DNA of 63,811 bases, filler included, from Pseudomonadota bacterium (GCA_043825735.1; 7 parts of 7 records of this genome joined end to end with filler, not necessarily neighbours in it), one strand, 5' to 3'. Positions 1-10,246 are shown, numbered from the whole stretch's first letter. Notes: generated by a model from the sequence alone, not told the origin. Translations and numbers: made by a program.

Positions 1-340
1 GGTTGTGTTTGAAAGTTTCGGCAAAGGCTTTGGCGGTGATATCGGCCTGATGATGGGTGTCAATATCGAAGACGACGCCATTATCGGTATCGGGGTAACC
101 ACTCACAGCGAAACCCCCGGCCTGGGTTCCCGGGCAAAGGATGATCCCAAATTTACCGTGCAGTTTAAAGGCTTATCCATGACCGCACCGATCAAGGTCA
201 CCAATGACGGCGGCAAAGTAAATGCCTTAAGCGGCGCCACAATTACCTCTCGGGCCGTGTGTGCGGCCGCCACCGAGGCCGGCCAAATCTACCAGAAGTT
301 CAAACCCCAGCTTGCTGAAAAATTGAAGGAATTCAAATAA
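1..340 (+). CDS. rnfG: Rnf complex subunit G (FMN-binding), 5'-partial
   Basis: ETPGLGS and SGATITSRAV FMN-attachment motif; precedes rnfE/rnfA. Confidence 0.9.
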   Translation, partial: VVFESFGKGFGGDIGLMMGVNIEDDAIIGIGVTTHSETPGLGSRAKDDPKFTVQFKGLSMTAPIKVTNDGGKVNALSGATITSRAVCAAATEAGQIYQKFKPQLAEKLKEFK

Positions 341-353
341 TAGGGAGATCAAG

Positions 354-947
354 ATGGCCAAAACATTCACTCAGGAATTTGTCAAAGGGCTGTGGAAAGA
401 AATACCGCCGTTTCGGCTAGTTCTGGGTCTGTGCCCCGTGCTGGGTGTGACCACAACCATGAAAAACGGCATCGGGATGGGGCTGGCCACGACCTTTGTG
501 CTGGTTTGCTCCAATATTCTGGTTGCAGCCCTGCGGAGTATTATCCCCCCCAAAGTTCGCATTGCCTGTTTCATCGTCGTCATCGCCACCTTTGTGATCG
601 TGGTCGAACTGTTGATGCAGGCTTACACCTATCCGTTGTTTTTAACCTTAGGCGTATTTATTCCGCTGATCGTCGTCAACTGTATCGTGCTGGGCCGCGC
701 AGAGGCCTTTGCTTATAAAAACAACATTTTGCTTTCAATCGCCGACGGTCTGGGCATCGGCATCGGCTTCACCCTCGCCCTTGGTGCTGTCGGCTCCCTG
801 CGGGAAATCCTGGGAACCGGCACGTTTATGGGAGCGTCCCTGTTCGGTCCGTCCTTTGAGCCGTTTGCCTTCGTGATTTCAGCCCCCGGTGCCTTTGTGT
901 GTCTCGGTCTGATGCTCTGCATCATGAACCTTCTGGGAAGCAAATAG
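354..947 (+). CDS. rnfE: Rnf complex membrane subunit E
   Basis: LGLCPVL and IPLIVVNC..GRAEAFA motifs; hydrophobic. Confidence 0.95.
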   Translation: MAKTFTQEFVKGLWKEIPPFRLVLGLCPVLGVTTTMKNGIGMGLATTFVLVCSNILVAALRSIIPPKVRIACFIVVIATFVIVVELLMQAYTYPLFLTLGVFIPLIVVNCIVLGRAEAFAYKNNILLSIADGLGIGIGFTLALGAVGSLREILGTGTFMGASLFGPSFEPFAFVISAPGAFVCLGLMLCIMNLLGSK

Positions 948-957
948 GAGAAAATAA

Positions 958-1530
958 ATGGGCTACATCGAACTTGTCATCAGTTGTATCTTCGTTAACA
1001 ACATTCTGCTGGCCCAGTTCTTGGGCAACTGCCCGTTTTTAGGCACGTCCAAGAAGATGGAAACCGCCATGGGCATGTCCTTTGCGGTCGTCTTTGTTTT
1101 GGTGCTGGCCGGCGTGATCACCTGGATTATCTATGCGGCCGTTCTGGTGCCGTTCAATCTGGTGTATCTGCGGACGATCGCGTTTATCCTGGTGATTGCA
1201 GCGCTGGTACAGTTCGTCGAGATGTTTTTGAAAAAGAGCATCCCGGCGCTGTATGCCGGCCTGGGTATCTTCCTGCCCCTGATTACGACCAATTGCGCGG
1301 TCCTGGGTGTCTGTGTGTTAAATATTGACAAGGAATTTACCTTTATGCAGTCCCTGGTCGCGTCGTTTGCCTATGCTGTCGGATTCGGCCTGGCCCTGGT
1401 TCTTTTTGCCGGTGTGCGCGAACGGATTCTGCTGGCCAGGGTTCCGAAACCGCTTCAGGATACGTCCATCGGCCTGATCACGGCCGGAATTATTGCGCTT
1501 TCATTTTTTGCGTTTAAAGGGATGGTCTAA
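958..1530 (+). CDS. rnfA: Rnf complex membrane subunit A
   Basis: FLGNCPFLG and LPLITTNCAVLG motifs. Confidence 0.95.
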   Translation: MGYIELVISCIFVNNILLAQFLGNCPFLGTSKKMETAMGMSFAVVFVLVLAGVITWIIYAAVLVPFNLVYLRTIAFILVIAALVQFVEMFLKKSIPALYAGLGIFLPLITTNCAVLGVCVLNIDKEFTFMQSLVASFAYAVGFGLALVLFAGVRERILLARVPKPLQDTSIGLITAGIIALSFFAFKGMV

Positions 1531-1563
1531 CCGCCGTTTCCAGCAATAACCAAGGAGGTAATT

Positions 1564-3654
1564 GTGTTCACAGCACTTATATTTATGCTGGGTTTAGGGG
1601 GTGTCTGCGGTATCATGCTGAGTGTGGCCTCAAAAATGTTTTATGTCTATGAAGACCCCCGCATTGCCATCGTGGAGGGATTTACGGCCGCCGCCAACTG
1701 CGGCGGCTGCGGATACACCGGCTGCTCGGCCGCGGCGGTTGCCGTTGTGTCCGGTGCAGCACCGCCCAGCGTCTGTATTGTCGCCGGCCCCGAGTCCGCC
1801 GCCAACATCGCCGCCGTCATGGGTGTCGATCCGGGCACGGCCGAACCTTTGATTTCCTACAACACCTGCTCCGGCGGCGACCGCGCGGAAACCAAATACC
1901 ACTATATGGGCATCGGCACCTGCCAGGCCCTGGCCACTCTTTACGGCGGCCAGCGGGAATGCCCCATCGGATGCCTCGGATTAGGTGATTGTGTCCGGGC
2001 TTGTGCCTTTGACGCGCTTAAAATCGGGCCCCATGGATATCCGGTTGTAAACGAGCACAAATGTGTGGGCTGCGGCGCCTGTGAAAAAACCTGCCCCAAG
2101 GACATTATGGCCATCAAGACCATGTCGCAACGGCTGCTCCATCTCAATCAGGACGACAATCGTATCGCCCCCTGCCAGCAGACCTGCCCGGCTGAGATCG
2201 ACATCCCCAGGTACATCATGCAGATCAAACACGGAGACTATGAAGGCGCGGTCAATACCATTCGCGAGCGCAATCCGCTGCTTTTGGCCTGCGGCCGGGT
2301 CTGTCCCCATCCGTGTGAAACCAAATGCCGCCGGGGGATTGAAGACCAACCGGTGTCCATCAATCAGTTGAAACGCTTTGTGGCCGACTATGAAATGAAT
2401 TCGGGCAAACACCTTCCAATCTCGGTGGCCCCTTCCACCGGCAAAAAAGTGGCCGTTATCGGCGGCGGTCCGGCCGGATTGAGCTGTGCCTTTTTCTTGC
2501 GCCGCCTCGGCCACGGCGTTACCATCTTTGACGCCACGCCGAAATTGGGCGGCATGATTCGCTATGGAATACCGGAATACCGGCTCCCCAAGGAAGTTCT
2601 GGCCTGGGAAGTCCAGGGGATTCTGGATCTGGGAATCGAACACAAACCCAACGTCAGGCTCGGCCGCGATTTTGACACCGGGTCGCTGATCGCCGCTGGA
2701 TATGATGCCATCTTTTTGGGTATCGGCGCCTGGAAAGATTACAACCTGGGGGTTGAAGGCGAGACTTTGAAAGGCTGCTACACCGGCATCAGTTTTTTAA
2801 CCAATTTTGCGCTGTGGCAGCAGGAAAGACCCAAGGATCCAAGACCGTTTGTCGGCAAAAAGTGTGTAGTCATCGGCGGCGGAAACACGGCCATCGACTG
2901 CGTGCGCACCCTGGTTCGCCTGGGAGCCGATGAGGTCTCGATTGTCTACCGCCGCACCCGCAAAGAAATGCCGGCCAACGCGGTTGAAATCGTCGCCGCC
3001 GAACATGAAGGTATCAATTTTGTCTTTTTGGCAGCCCCCACCAAGGTCATCGGGAATGAAGACGGCAACGTCGTCGGCCTGGAATACCTGAAGATGGAGC
3101 TTGGTGAACCGGATGCCAGCGGCCGGCGCCGGCCGGTCCCGGTTGAAGGCTCTGAAACGGTCATCGACGTCGACATGTTAATCACCGCCATCGGCCAGGG
3201 CCCGGATGTGTTTTTCAAGGAAGAAAGCAAAATGCTCGATGAGGATCTGAAAATTACCCGCTGGAACACCATCGACGCCAAAGATCCGGTGGCCCTGCAG
3301 TCTAGCATACCATACATTTTTACCGGTGGCGACTCCGCCACCGGCGCTGCGCTGGTGGTTGATGCCATCGGTGCCGGCCGTCGAGCCGCCCGCTCGATTC
3401 ACATGTACATCGCCGGCGAGGACCTCACGCCGCCTGCCAATACGCTGTTTAAGAAGAACATTCCGGAATCGATTGTTAAATCGGTTCCAGGAATCATCCA
3501 GAAGAAACGGACGCCGATGCCCGAACTCCCCGTGGATGAGCGGATCAAATCGTTTATCGAAGCCGACCTTGTGATCACTGAAGAAGACGCCGCTTATGAA
3601 GCGAACCGCTGCCTGAACTGCTGCATTTACTGTTACAACCCGGACACGACCTGA
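1564..3654 (+). CDS. rnfB: RnfB fused to a C-terminal GltD/NfnB-like FAD/NAD(P)H oxidoreductase
   Basis: N-terminal TM segment, NCGGCGY..C and 4Fe-4S motifs, then CGRVCPHPCE, GGGPAG, YGIPEYRL and GGGNTAID motifs. Confidence 0.9.
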   Translation: MFTALIFMLGLGGVCGIMLSVASKMFYVYEDPRIAIVEGFTAAANCGGCGYTGCSAAAVAVVSGAAPPSVCIVAGPESAANIAAVMGVDPGTAEPLISYNTCSGGDRAETKYHYMGIGTCQALATLYGGQRECPIGCLGLGDCVRACAFDALKIGPHGYPVVNEHKCVGCGACEKTCPKDIMAIKTMSQRLLHLNQDDNRIAPCQQTCPAEIDIPRYIMQIKHGDYEGAVNTIRERNPLLLACGRVCPHPCETKCRRGIEDQPVSINQLKRFVADYEMNSGKHLPISVAPSTGKKVAVIGGGPAGLSCAFFLRRLGHGVTIFDATPKLGGMIRYGIPEYRLPKEVLAWEVQGILDLGIEHKPNVRLGRDFDTGSLIAAGYDAIFLGIGAWKDYNLGVEGETLKGCYTGISFLTNFALWQQERPKDPRPFVGKKCVVIGGGNTAIDCVRTLVRLGADEVSIVYRRTRKEMPANAVEIVAAEHEGINFVFLAAPTKVIGNEDGNVVGLEYLKMELGEPDASGRRRPVPVEGSETVIDVDMLITAIGQGPDVFFKEESKMLDEDLKITRWNTIDAKDPVALQSSIPYIFTGGDSATGAALVVDAIGAGRRAARSIHMYIAGEDLTPPANTLFKKNIPESIVKSVPGIIQKKRTPMPELPVDERIKSFIEADLVITEEDAAYEANRCLNCCIYCYNPDTT

Positions 3655-3686
3655 AGCGTATAAGGGAGATCTAAGGCATCCGTCCT

Positions 3687-3725
3687 GAGCGCAAAGCGAA
3701 AATCTTCGCTTTGCGCTCTTTTTTT
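3687..3725 (+). terminator. Rho-independent terminator of the rnf operon
   Basis: 14-bp perfect stem GAGCGCAAAGCGAA/TTCGCTTTGCGCTC followed by T7. Confidence 0.9.
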
Positions 3726-3807
3726 GGAAAGCATTTGATCTCCTTTTATAGCAGTTCTCATAAATATGTTCCGATTCAATACTGAGTTGTTTTAAGAGTT
3801 GTTTGGA

Positions 3808-3907
3808 NNNNNNNNNNNNNNNNNNNNNNNNNNNNNNNNNNNNNNNNNNNNTTAATTAATTAANNNNNNNNNNNNNNNNNNNNNNNNNNNNNNNNNNNNN
3901 NNNNNNN
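3808..3907. other. Artificial contig-joining spacer
   Basis: N-run + TTAATTAATTAA + N-run. Confidence 0.99.
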
Positions 3908-4041
3908 ACCCAATGCGGGCCAGAGATTCCCGACATTTTTGGGAATTAGGGTGGAGAGATGAACAGAAAAAATTTAAGGAAATGAACAGGCGTTATCAGG
4001 CCGTAGACGAGCGGCCACGACACGAGGATGGAGGTGATGAA

Positions 4042-4245
4042 ATGAATGTCCAAGAAATCGTTGAAAAGTATCTCAAGGACAACGGGTATGACGGGTTGTT
4101 TCAAATAGATACCTGTTGCTGTTTGCTGGGAGATGAGTTTATGACCTGTGGTGGAGAATATTTTAACGAGTGTGAGCCGGGGTATAAGCACGAAGGATCA
4201 TGGGGGGGATACGACTATACGATGTCAAGTGAGAAACCCGAATGA
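4042..4245 (+). CDS. Phage-type Cys-rich hypothetical protein
   Basis: GGAGGT Shine-Dalgarno (SD); YLKDNGYDGL..C.C..C..C.PGY pattern; ATGA-coupled to the next ORF. Confidence 0.65.
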   Translation: MNVQEIVEKYLKDNGYDGLFQIDTCCCLLGDEFMTCGGEYFNECEPGYKHEGSWGGYDYTMSSEKPE

Positions 4246-4412
4246 ACGTCTACGTTCGCTGCCCCAAGGCGTCTGAAATGCTCATCCCTTTGGACGCCTG
4301 TTTCAAACGATGCAACCAGAAGCAGCTTGATAAATGCAAAATGCGGGCAGAGGCCGTGCTGAAAAATCAAAACGTAGGGGTCCAGCGTGCCCCAGGATCA
4401 ACGCGGGGATAG
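4242..4412 (+). CDS. Small Cys-rich hypothetical protein (56 aa)
   Basis: Translated by hand (MNVYVRCPKAS...); overlaps the upstream stop and fills the gap to the MTase. Confidence 0.5.
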   Translation: MNVYVRCPKASEMLIPLDACFKRCNQKQLDKCKMRAEAVLKNQNVGVQRAPGSTRG

Positions 4413-4414
4413 AA

Positions 4415-5152
4415 ATGGGCATAACACCCTACTACCAGCAAAAGGGAATTGTCATCTACAACTGCGACTGCCGCGAAATCCTGCCGGACCTGCCCCCGGT
4501 GGACCTGATACTGACTGATCCGCCTTATGGGATTAACTACCAATCCGCCAGGCGGATTGCTTGGCAACGTAAAGACAAGATTCAGGGTGATAAAAATTTT
4601 CCACTTTGGATATTTGATGTAATGAAACCCCGAAATGCTCTTTTTGTTTGGCTACGTTGGGATGTTTTGCCATTGGTGCCGCTTCCTAAATCTTTTATTG
4701 TGTGGGATAAAATGAACCATTCAATGGGCGACCTTAAACATGAAATTGGAAGGCAATGGGAGGGCTGTGCTTTTTATCCCGGTCCAGAACATAAATTTAT
4801 TAAACGCCCGGCAGATATAATTCGCTGCAAAAAAATCCCGGCCGAAAAACTTTTGCACCCTAACGAAAAACCTGTCGGAGCCATGTTGCCCTTGATTAAA
4901 GCACATTCATCTAATTTGATTCTTGATCCTTTTATGGGAGTAGCCCCCGTTTTATTGGCCGCGAAGTTACTCGGACGGCGAGCAATCGGCATTGAGATTG
5001 AAGAAAAATACTGTGAGATAGCGGCCCGGAGATTAAGCCAAGAGGTTCTTCCCTTTGGTAGGCCGTTTATTTCTCAAAAAGGGGCCTCTGGCGAGCAACA
5101 GAAGGCCGAATTTTCGACGCGAGGTGACAAATGCATACCCCGGGTAGGGTAG
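4415..5152 (+). CDS. Orphan N6-adenine/N4-cytosine DNA methyltransferase (beta class), phage-type
   Basis: TDPPY catalytic motif, HPNEKP, LDPFMG motif I, GIEIEEKYC. Confidence 0.9.
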   Translation: MGITPYYQQKGIVIYNCDCREILPDLPPVDLILTDPPYGINYQSARRIAWQRKDKIQGDKNFPLWIFDVMKPRNALFVWLRWDVLPLVPLPKSFIVWDKMNHSMGDLKHEIGRQWEGCAFYPGPEHKFIKRPADIIRCKKIPAEKLLHPNEKPVGAMLPLIKAHSSNLILDPFMGVAPVLLAAKLLGRRAIGIEIEEKYCEIAARRLSQEVLPFGRPFISQKGASGEQQKAEFSTRGDKCIPRVG

Positions 5153-5388
5153 AATCCCATACGGCCCTTTTTCGGGCTTTGGTCGAGGGTGTCGGAAACG
5201 ACTGTGCCGAAATTATGGGGCAGGCTTACAGCTATGAGGTAGGCAAGCGACGGGTCCGCGCCTACCTCAAAAAACGCATCCGGGATTACGAGGGCGTGGC
5301 TAGATACTTTTACAACCACGGACTGGAGGATGCGCACGATGACTGGCCGCTTAAATACCCATATGAGGAACCTGATGATGCCGCCTGA
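5131..5388 (+). CDS. Phage hypothetical protein
   Basis: ORF overlapping both flanking MTase genes. Confidence 0.5.
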   Translation: MHTPGRVESHTALFRALVEGVGNDCAEIMGQAYSYEVGKRRVRAYLKKRIRDYEGVARYFYNHGLEDAHDDWPLKYPYEEPDDAA

Positions 5389-6083
5389 ACCTTACTACGA
5401 CCATGCCGGCATAACGCTTTACCATGGTCATGTTTTGGAAGAATTAAGGAGGCTTCCAGAGGCGAGTGTGAACTGCTGCGTCACCTCGCCTCCGTAACGT
5501 ACTGGGGCCTTCGAGATTATGGAATTCCCCCCCAGGTGTGGGACGATCGCGGCGGCTGTCCAGGGCATGAGTGGGGGGATGAAATTGAAGGTAAATCACA
5601 ATCGGGTGCATTAAATGGTTCAACCCTTGATGGTGCACCACCTGGAAAAGAACGGCGGCCAGAATGGTCGAGTCAATTCTGCATCCACTGCCACGCCTGG
5701 CTCGGATCGTTAGGCCTCGAACCCACGCCGGAACTTTATCTGAAGCACCTGGTGGACATTTTCAGGGAGATCAAAAGGGTGCTGAGAAAGGACGGAACGG
5801 TCTGGCTGAATTTGGGGGATAGTTATGCCAATGACACGAAATGGGGTGGAAAAACCGGGGGAAAGCATGTCTCTTCGCTGCACGGGGAGCCTATTGGAAG
5901 AACCAAGAGAAACACCGGCCTCAAACCCAACGACCTGTGCGGCATACCCTGGCGGGCGGCATTGGCGCTTCAGGCGGACGGCTGGTGGCTCCGCAGCGAC
6001 ATCATCTGGCACAAGCCCAACCCCATGCCCGAAAGTTGCAAGGATCGCCCCACTAAATCGCACGAGTATGTCTTTTTACTCTC
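5375..6083 (+). pseudogene. Second DNA methyltransferase, frameshifted by a 5-bp insertion in SPPY; 3'-partial at contig end
   Basis: MMPPEPYYDHAG...CCVTSPP-stop(5495-5497); the natural continuation YWGLRDYG...WLNLGDSY...IIWHKPNPMPES resumes at 5500 in another frame. Confidence 0.85.
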
Positions 6084-6183
6084 NNNNNNNNNNNNNNNNN
6101 NNNNNNNNNNNNNNNNNNNNNNNNNNNTTAATTAATTAANNNNNNNNNNNNNNNNNNNNNNNNNNNNNNNNNNNNNNNNNNNN
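6084..6183. other. Artificial contig-joining spacer
   Basis: N-run + TTAATTAATTAA + N-run. Confidence 0.99.
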
Positions 6184-6343
6184 GCTGTTTTACTTCAAAG
6201 GGGTGGCGCCGCCGGAGTTTACCATGATGCACATCTATCGCGGGATCATCCCCTTTGTGATCCTGCAGCTCATCGGGCTGCTCATCATGGCGATGTTTCC
6301 GGCCACCATTACCTGGCTGCCCTCTGTCTTTTTCGGATCTTAA
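6184..6343 (+). CDS. dctM: TRAP transporter large permease, 3' end only
   Basis: Translated by hand: LFYFKGVAPPE...IYRGIIPFVILQ...FPATITWLP. Confidence 0.8.
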
Positions 6344-6358
6344 CGGAGGAAGATATTT

Positions 6359-6988
6359 GTGGACACTTTACAGGCATTGACCGACAGCTTCCGCGCTGCC
6401 GCTGAGAAAGTCTCCGCCATTGTAGCCCCCGTGGCGACAATGGCGGACGCCATTTCGTATGCCGTAAATCTGTGCGACGCCAAGGAGGCCTGCCAACTGC
6501 TGGTGTCGGGGTGCGAAAGCCCACTGTCGGCCCCGGCAGAGAACCTGTGCGACCTCAAGCAGCAGAAAGTGATGGCCGCCCCCGGCATGCCGGCCGACCG
6601 TTTCGAGGCCATGGCAGCGCAGTGCCGGGACAAGGGTATCTTGCTGATTCAGGAAGGCCTCAGGAATCATCTTGCCGGCATCGACATTGGATTCACCATC
6701 GCGGATTTCGGCATTGCCGAAACCGGAACACTGGTGATCGATTCCAGCAGTGAAGCGATACGGCTGGCCACGATGGTCAGCGAAGTCCACGTGGCGGTGC
6801 TGCCGCGGGAAAAGATCCGCGCCACGGCGGTTGATCTCGAGAGGGAACTTGAGGCGTTCATGGCCGCGGCGCCCGATTACCTCGCCTTTATCACCGGCGC
6901 CAGCCGGACCGCTGACATCGAGCGGGTTCTGGCGCTTGGAGTCCACGGTCCGCTTGAATTGCACATTCTGATCCTGGAGGAAGCCTGA
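6359..6988 (+). CDS. lutC: Lactate utilisation protein LutC (LUD domain)
   Basis: GIAETGTLV and ITGASRTADIERVLALGVHGP. Confidence 0.9.
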   Translation: MDTLQALTDSFRAAAEKVSAIVAPVATMADAISYAVNLCDAKEACQLLVSGCESPLSAPAENLCDLKQQKVMAAPGMPADRFEAMAAQCRDKGILLIQEGLRNHLAGIDIGFTIADFGIAETGTLVIDSSSEAIRLATMVSEVHVAVLPREKIRATAVDLERELEAFMAAAPDYLAFITGASRTADIERVLALGVHGPLELHILILEEA

Positions 6989-9144
6989 TGCAAGAAGCCA
7001 GGGATTTGAAAGGATACCGGCGCGAGGTCAAAGGCGCCCTTGAAAACCAGTTCCTGCGCGAGGCCATGAACAAGTTTGCCGTGGCCTATCGCACGGGCCG
7101 GGCCAATGCCTTTGCCGGAATGGACGTGGCCGCTTTGGTGAATGACGTCGCCACGGCCAAAGATGCGGCCATCGGGCGCATGGATGCGCTTTACGAGACC
7201 TTCAAGCGCAACGCCGAGGCGCTGGGTATTCATGTCCATCTGGCCGGAACCGGTCAGGAGGCCAATGCGATCATCGCCCGCATCGCCGCTGAAAACGGGG
7301 TGCGCACTGTTGTCAAATCCAAATCCATGACGGCCGAGGAGACCCTACTCAACCACCATCTGGAAGCGACCGGACTGGAAGTGACAGAAACGGACCTGGG
7401 CGAGTGGATCATCCAGTTGCGCCACGAAGGCCCCTCCCACATGGTGATGCCCGCCATCCACCTCTCGCGCTTCCAGGTGGCGGACCTGTTTACCGATGTC
7501 ACCGGCAAACATCAGGACAGCGAGATCGAGCGACTGGTCAAGGTGGCACGTCGGGAGCTGCGCCGCAAGTATGTCGAAGCGGACATGGGGATATCGGGCG
7601 CCAATTTCGCCATCGCCGCTTCGGCCACCCTGGGCCTGACCACCAACGAGGGCAATGCCCGCCTGGTGACCACGCTGCCCCGGGTTCATGTGGCATTGGT
7701 GGGCCTGGAAAAACTCGTGCCGACGCTGAACGACGCTCTGCGGGTTTTAAAGGTGCTTCCAAGAAATGCCACAGGGCAGGCGATTACTTCTTACGTCACC
7801 TGGATCACCGGTCCCAATGCCTGCGAGAGTGCGCCGGAGGGGCGCAAGATCATGCACGTGGTGTTTCTCGATAACGGGCGCCGCACCCTGGCCGCAGATC
7901 CGGATTTCGCCCAGGTGCTGCGGTGCGTGCGCTGCGGAGCCTGCGCCAATGTATGTCCGGTCTACCGCATGGTGGGCGGACACCAGTACGGCCACATCTA
8001 CATCGGTGCCATCGGTTTGATTCTGACCTATTTCTTCCACGGCCGTGAAAAGGCGCGGAACCTTGTCCAGAACTGCATCAACTGCGGGGCCTGCAAGGAC
8101 ATCTGCGCGGCCGGAATCGATCTGCCCCGGCTGATCAAGGCTGTGCACGCCCGGATCCAGGGCGAAGAAGGCCACCCGTTGCCCAGCCTGTTGCTGGCCA
8201 ATGTGCTCAAGAACAGAAAGCTTTTCCACGGGCTGCTGCGTGCGGCGCGAAAGGCCCAAAAACCAGTCACCGGCGGCACCCCCTACCTGCGGCATCTGCC
8301 CATGATTCTTTCCGGGGAGCACAATTTTCGAAAGCTGCCGGCCATTGCCGAAGTCCCTTTTCGGGACCAATGGCCGAAACTCGCGCCAACGGTGGCATCC
8401 CCAGCTCGCCGGGTGGCGCTGTTTTCAGGCTGCGTCCAGGATTTTGTCTACCCCGAGCAGCTCGCGGCCGCCGTGCGCGTCCTGGCGGCGCAAAACGTGG
8501 CGATCACCTTTCCCATGGGGCAATCGTGCTGCGGCCTTCCGGTGGAGATGATGGGCGAGACCGATGCGGCCCGTCAGGTGGCCATGCAGAACGTTTTGGC
8601 CATGAAAGCCGAGGGCGTCGACCGGATCGTCACCCTGTGTGCTTCCTGCGCCTCGCATCTGAAACACGCCTATCCGCGGCTTCTTGCGGGCGATCCGGTG
8701 CTCTCGAAGAAAGCGCAGGCGCTTGCCGAAAAGGTGGTGCCGTTTACCGTGTTTCTAAACGATGATCTGGGTGTCACCGGCGAAGCATTTTCCGGTGACC
8801 CCGTCGCCGCCACCTACCACGCGCCCTGCCACCTGTGCCGGGGGCTGGGTGTGAAACAGGCGCCCCACGAGCTGATCAATAAGGCCGGGCTCGATTTTCA
8901 TCCCGCCCTGGAAGAAGAGACCTGCTGCGGTTTCGGCGGCACTTATTCCAGCAAATTTCCGGCCATTTCGGCTGAGATTCTGGACAAGAAACTCGACGAC
9001 TTTGAAGCCACCGGGGCCGCGCTTCTGGTGACCGAGTGCCCGGGGTGCATCCTGCAGCTCAGGGGCGGGGTTGCCCGGCGCGGCGGGCCTCTGCGTGTGG
9101 CGCATATCGCCGAAGTCCTCAATGAACGGCTGAAGAAGCCATGA
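6988..9144 (+). CDS. lutB: L-lactate dehydrogenase Fe-S subunit, LutB fused to LutA-like CCG domains
   Basis: KSKSMTAEE, ETDLGEWIIQL, two CxxCxxCxxxC motifs, two CCG domains. Confidence 0.9.
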   Translation: MQEARDLKGYRREVKGALENQFLREAMNKFAVAYRTGRANAFAGMDVAALVNDVATAKDAAIGRMDALYETFKRNAEALGIHVHLAGTGQEANAIIARIAAENGVRTVVKSKSMTAEETLLNHHLEATGLEVTETDLGEWIIQLRHEGPSHMVMPAIHLSRFQVADLFTDVTGKHQDSEIERLVKVARRELRRKYVEADMGISGANFAIAASATLGLTTNEGNARLVTTLPRVHVALVGLEKLVPTLNDALRVLKVLPRNATGQAITSYVTWITGPNACESAPEGRKIMHVVFLDNGRRTLAADPDFAQVLRCVRCGACANVCPVYRMVGGHQYGHIYIGAIGLILTYFFHGREKARNLVQNCINCGACKDICAAGIDLPRLIKAVHARIQGEEGHPLPSLLLANVLKNRKLFHGLLRAARKAQKPVTGGTPYLRHLPMILSGEHNFRKLPAIAEVPFRDQWPKLAPTVASPARRVALFSGCVQDFVYPEQLAAAVRVLAAQNVAITFPMGQSCCGLPVEMMGETDAARQVAMQNVLAMKAEGVDRIVTLCASCASHLKHAYPRLLAGDPVLSKKAQALAEKVVPFTVFLNDDLGVTGEAFSGDPVAATYHAPCHLCRGLGVKQAPHELINKAGLDFHPALEEETCCGFGGTYSSKFPAISAEILDKKLDDFEATGAALLVTECPGCILQLRGGVARRGGPLRVAHIAEVLNERLKKP

Positions 9145-9182
9145 ATCGTCGAGTCTGGTGACTTTTCTTGCAACACCGAATT

Positions 9183-9257
9183 TGAACCACGAAGAACACG
9201 AAGTGCACGAAGAAAACCAGGGCCCTAAAGGGGGAAAACCTTCGTGTCCTTCGTAGT
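9183..9257. repeat. Inverted 9-mer repeat element (CACGAAG-type)
   Basis: AACCACGAAGAACACGAAGTGCACGAAG ... CTTCGTGTCCTTCGTAGT. Confidence 0.8.
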
Positions 9258-9291
9258 AATTTCATTTTTTCCAAAACGATAAGGAGACAGT

Positions 9292-10131
9292 ATGGACATC
9301 CGGGAACCGGAGATCCGAAAAGAAGACATTCTGGTGCTGTCCGACACGGCGTTTTCACCGGAAAATGTCTGCATCGTTACTGGTGCCGGCACCGGCATCG
9401 GGCGGGCCACCGCGGTGGCGGCGGCAGTCAACGGACTGACCGTGGCCGCTTTTGACATCAACGCGGAAGAAGGCGAAAAGACCCGCCGGATGGCCGAAAC
9501 GCTCGGCGGGCAGGTTCATTTTTTTAAGGTCGATCTGACTGACGACGCCGCGGTGGCAGCGGCGGTGGACACTGCGGCGACGCTCGGCCACATCCGGTGT
9601 CTGGCCAACATTGCCGGCATCCAGCACATCGATGCCGTCGAGAATTTTCCCATGGAAAAGTACGATCTGATGCAGCGGCTTATGCTGCGCGCCCCGTTTC
9701 TGCTTTCCAAGCTGACGATCCCTCGCATGAAGGCCTCGGCGGACGGGTGCGGTGCCATCGGCAATATGGCGTCGGTGCATGCCCACATCTGCACGATGAA
9801 CAAGCCCGTCTACAACATCACCAAGTTCGGCCTGAAGGCGCTCAGCCAGTCCATATCCGCTGAAGGCGATGGACGCGTGCGTTCCTTTACCGTCAGCACC
9901 GGTTTTGTGAAAACGCCGCTGGCTCTGGGGCAGATTCCGTTTCAGGCCAAGCAGCGCGGCATTTCCGAGGAGGCGGTGGTGAGGGATGTCATGATGGGCA
10001 AATCGCGCATCAAGGAGATGATGTCGCCCGTGGAGGTGGCCAATCTCTTTGTCTTCGGATTTTCCCGGTTCGCCCGGTACCTGGTCGGTGGTGATCTGCT
10101 TTTTGACGGCGGCATGGTCGGCACGTACTAG
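9292..10131 (+). CDS. SDR oxidoreductase, 3-hydroxybutyrate dehydrogenase-like
   Basis: TGAGTGIG, NIAGIQH, YNITK catalytic motif. Confidence 0.8.
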   Translation: MDIREPEIRKEDILVLSDTAFSPENVCIVTGAGTGIGRATAVAAAVNGLTVAAFDINAEEGEKTRRMAETLGGQVHFFKVDLTDDAAVAAAVDTAATLGHIRCLANIAGIQHIDAVENFPMEKYDLMQRLMLRAPFLLSKLTIPRMKASADGCGAIGNMASVHAHICTMNKPVYNITKFGLKALSQSISAEGDGRVRSFTVSTGFVKTPLALGQIPFQAKQRGISEEAVVRDVMMGKSRIKEMMSPVEVANLFVFGFSRFARYLVGGDLLFDGGMVGTY

Positions 10132-10167
10132 AACCGATCTCATAGAAAGTGTTGCTGAAAACCGGTT

Positions 10168-10246
10168 CTCGCGCAGAGACGCAGAGGCGCAGGGAAAAGC
10201 ACTCGCGCAATTCCATTTTCCGTAGATCTCTGCGGCTCTGCGCGAG
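10168..10246. repeat. Inverted 8-mer repeat element (CGCAGAG-type)
   Basis: CTCGCGCAGAGACGCAGAG ... CTCTGCGGCTCTGCGCGAG. Confidence 0.8.

Noticed and set aside
3659..3750. Imperfect outer inverted repeat enclosing the rnf terminator
   Set aside because: Single instance at a contig end; cannot be distinguished from an extended terminator stem.
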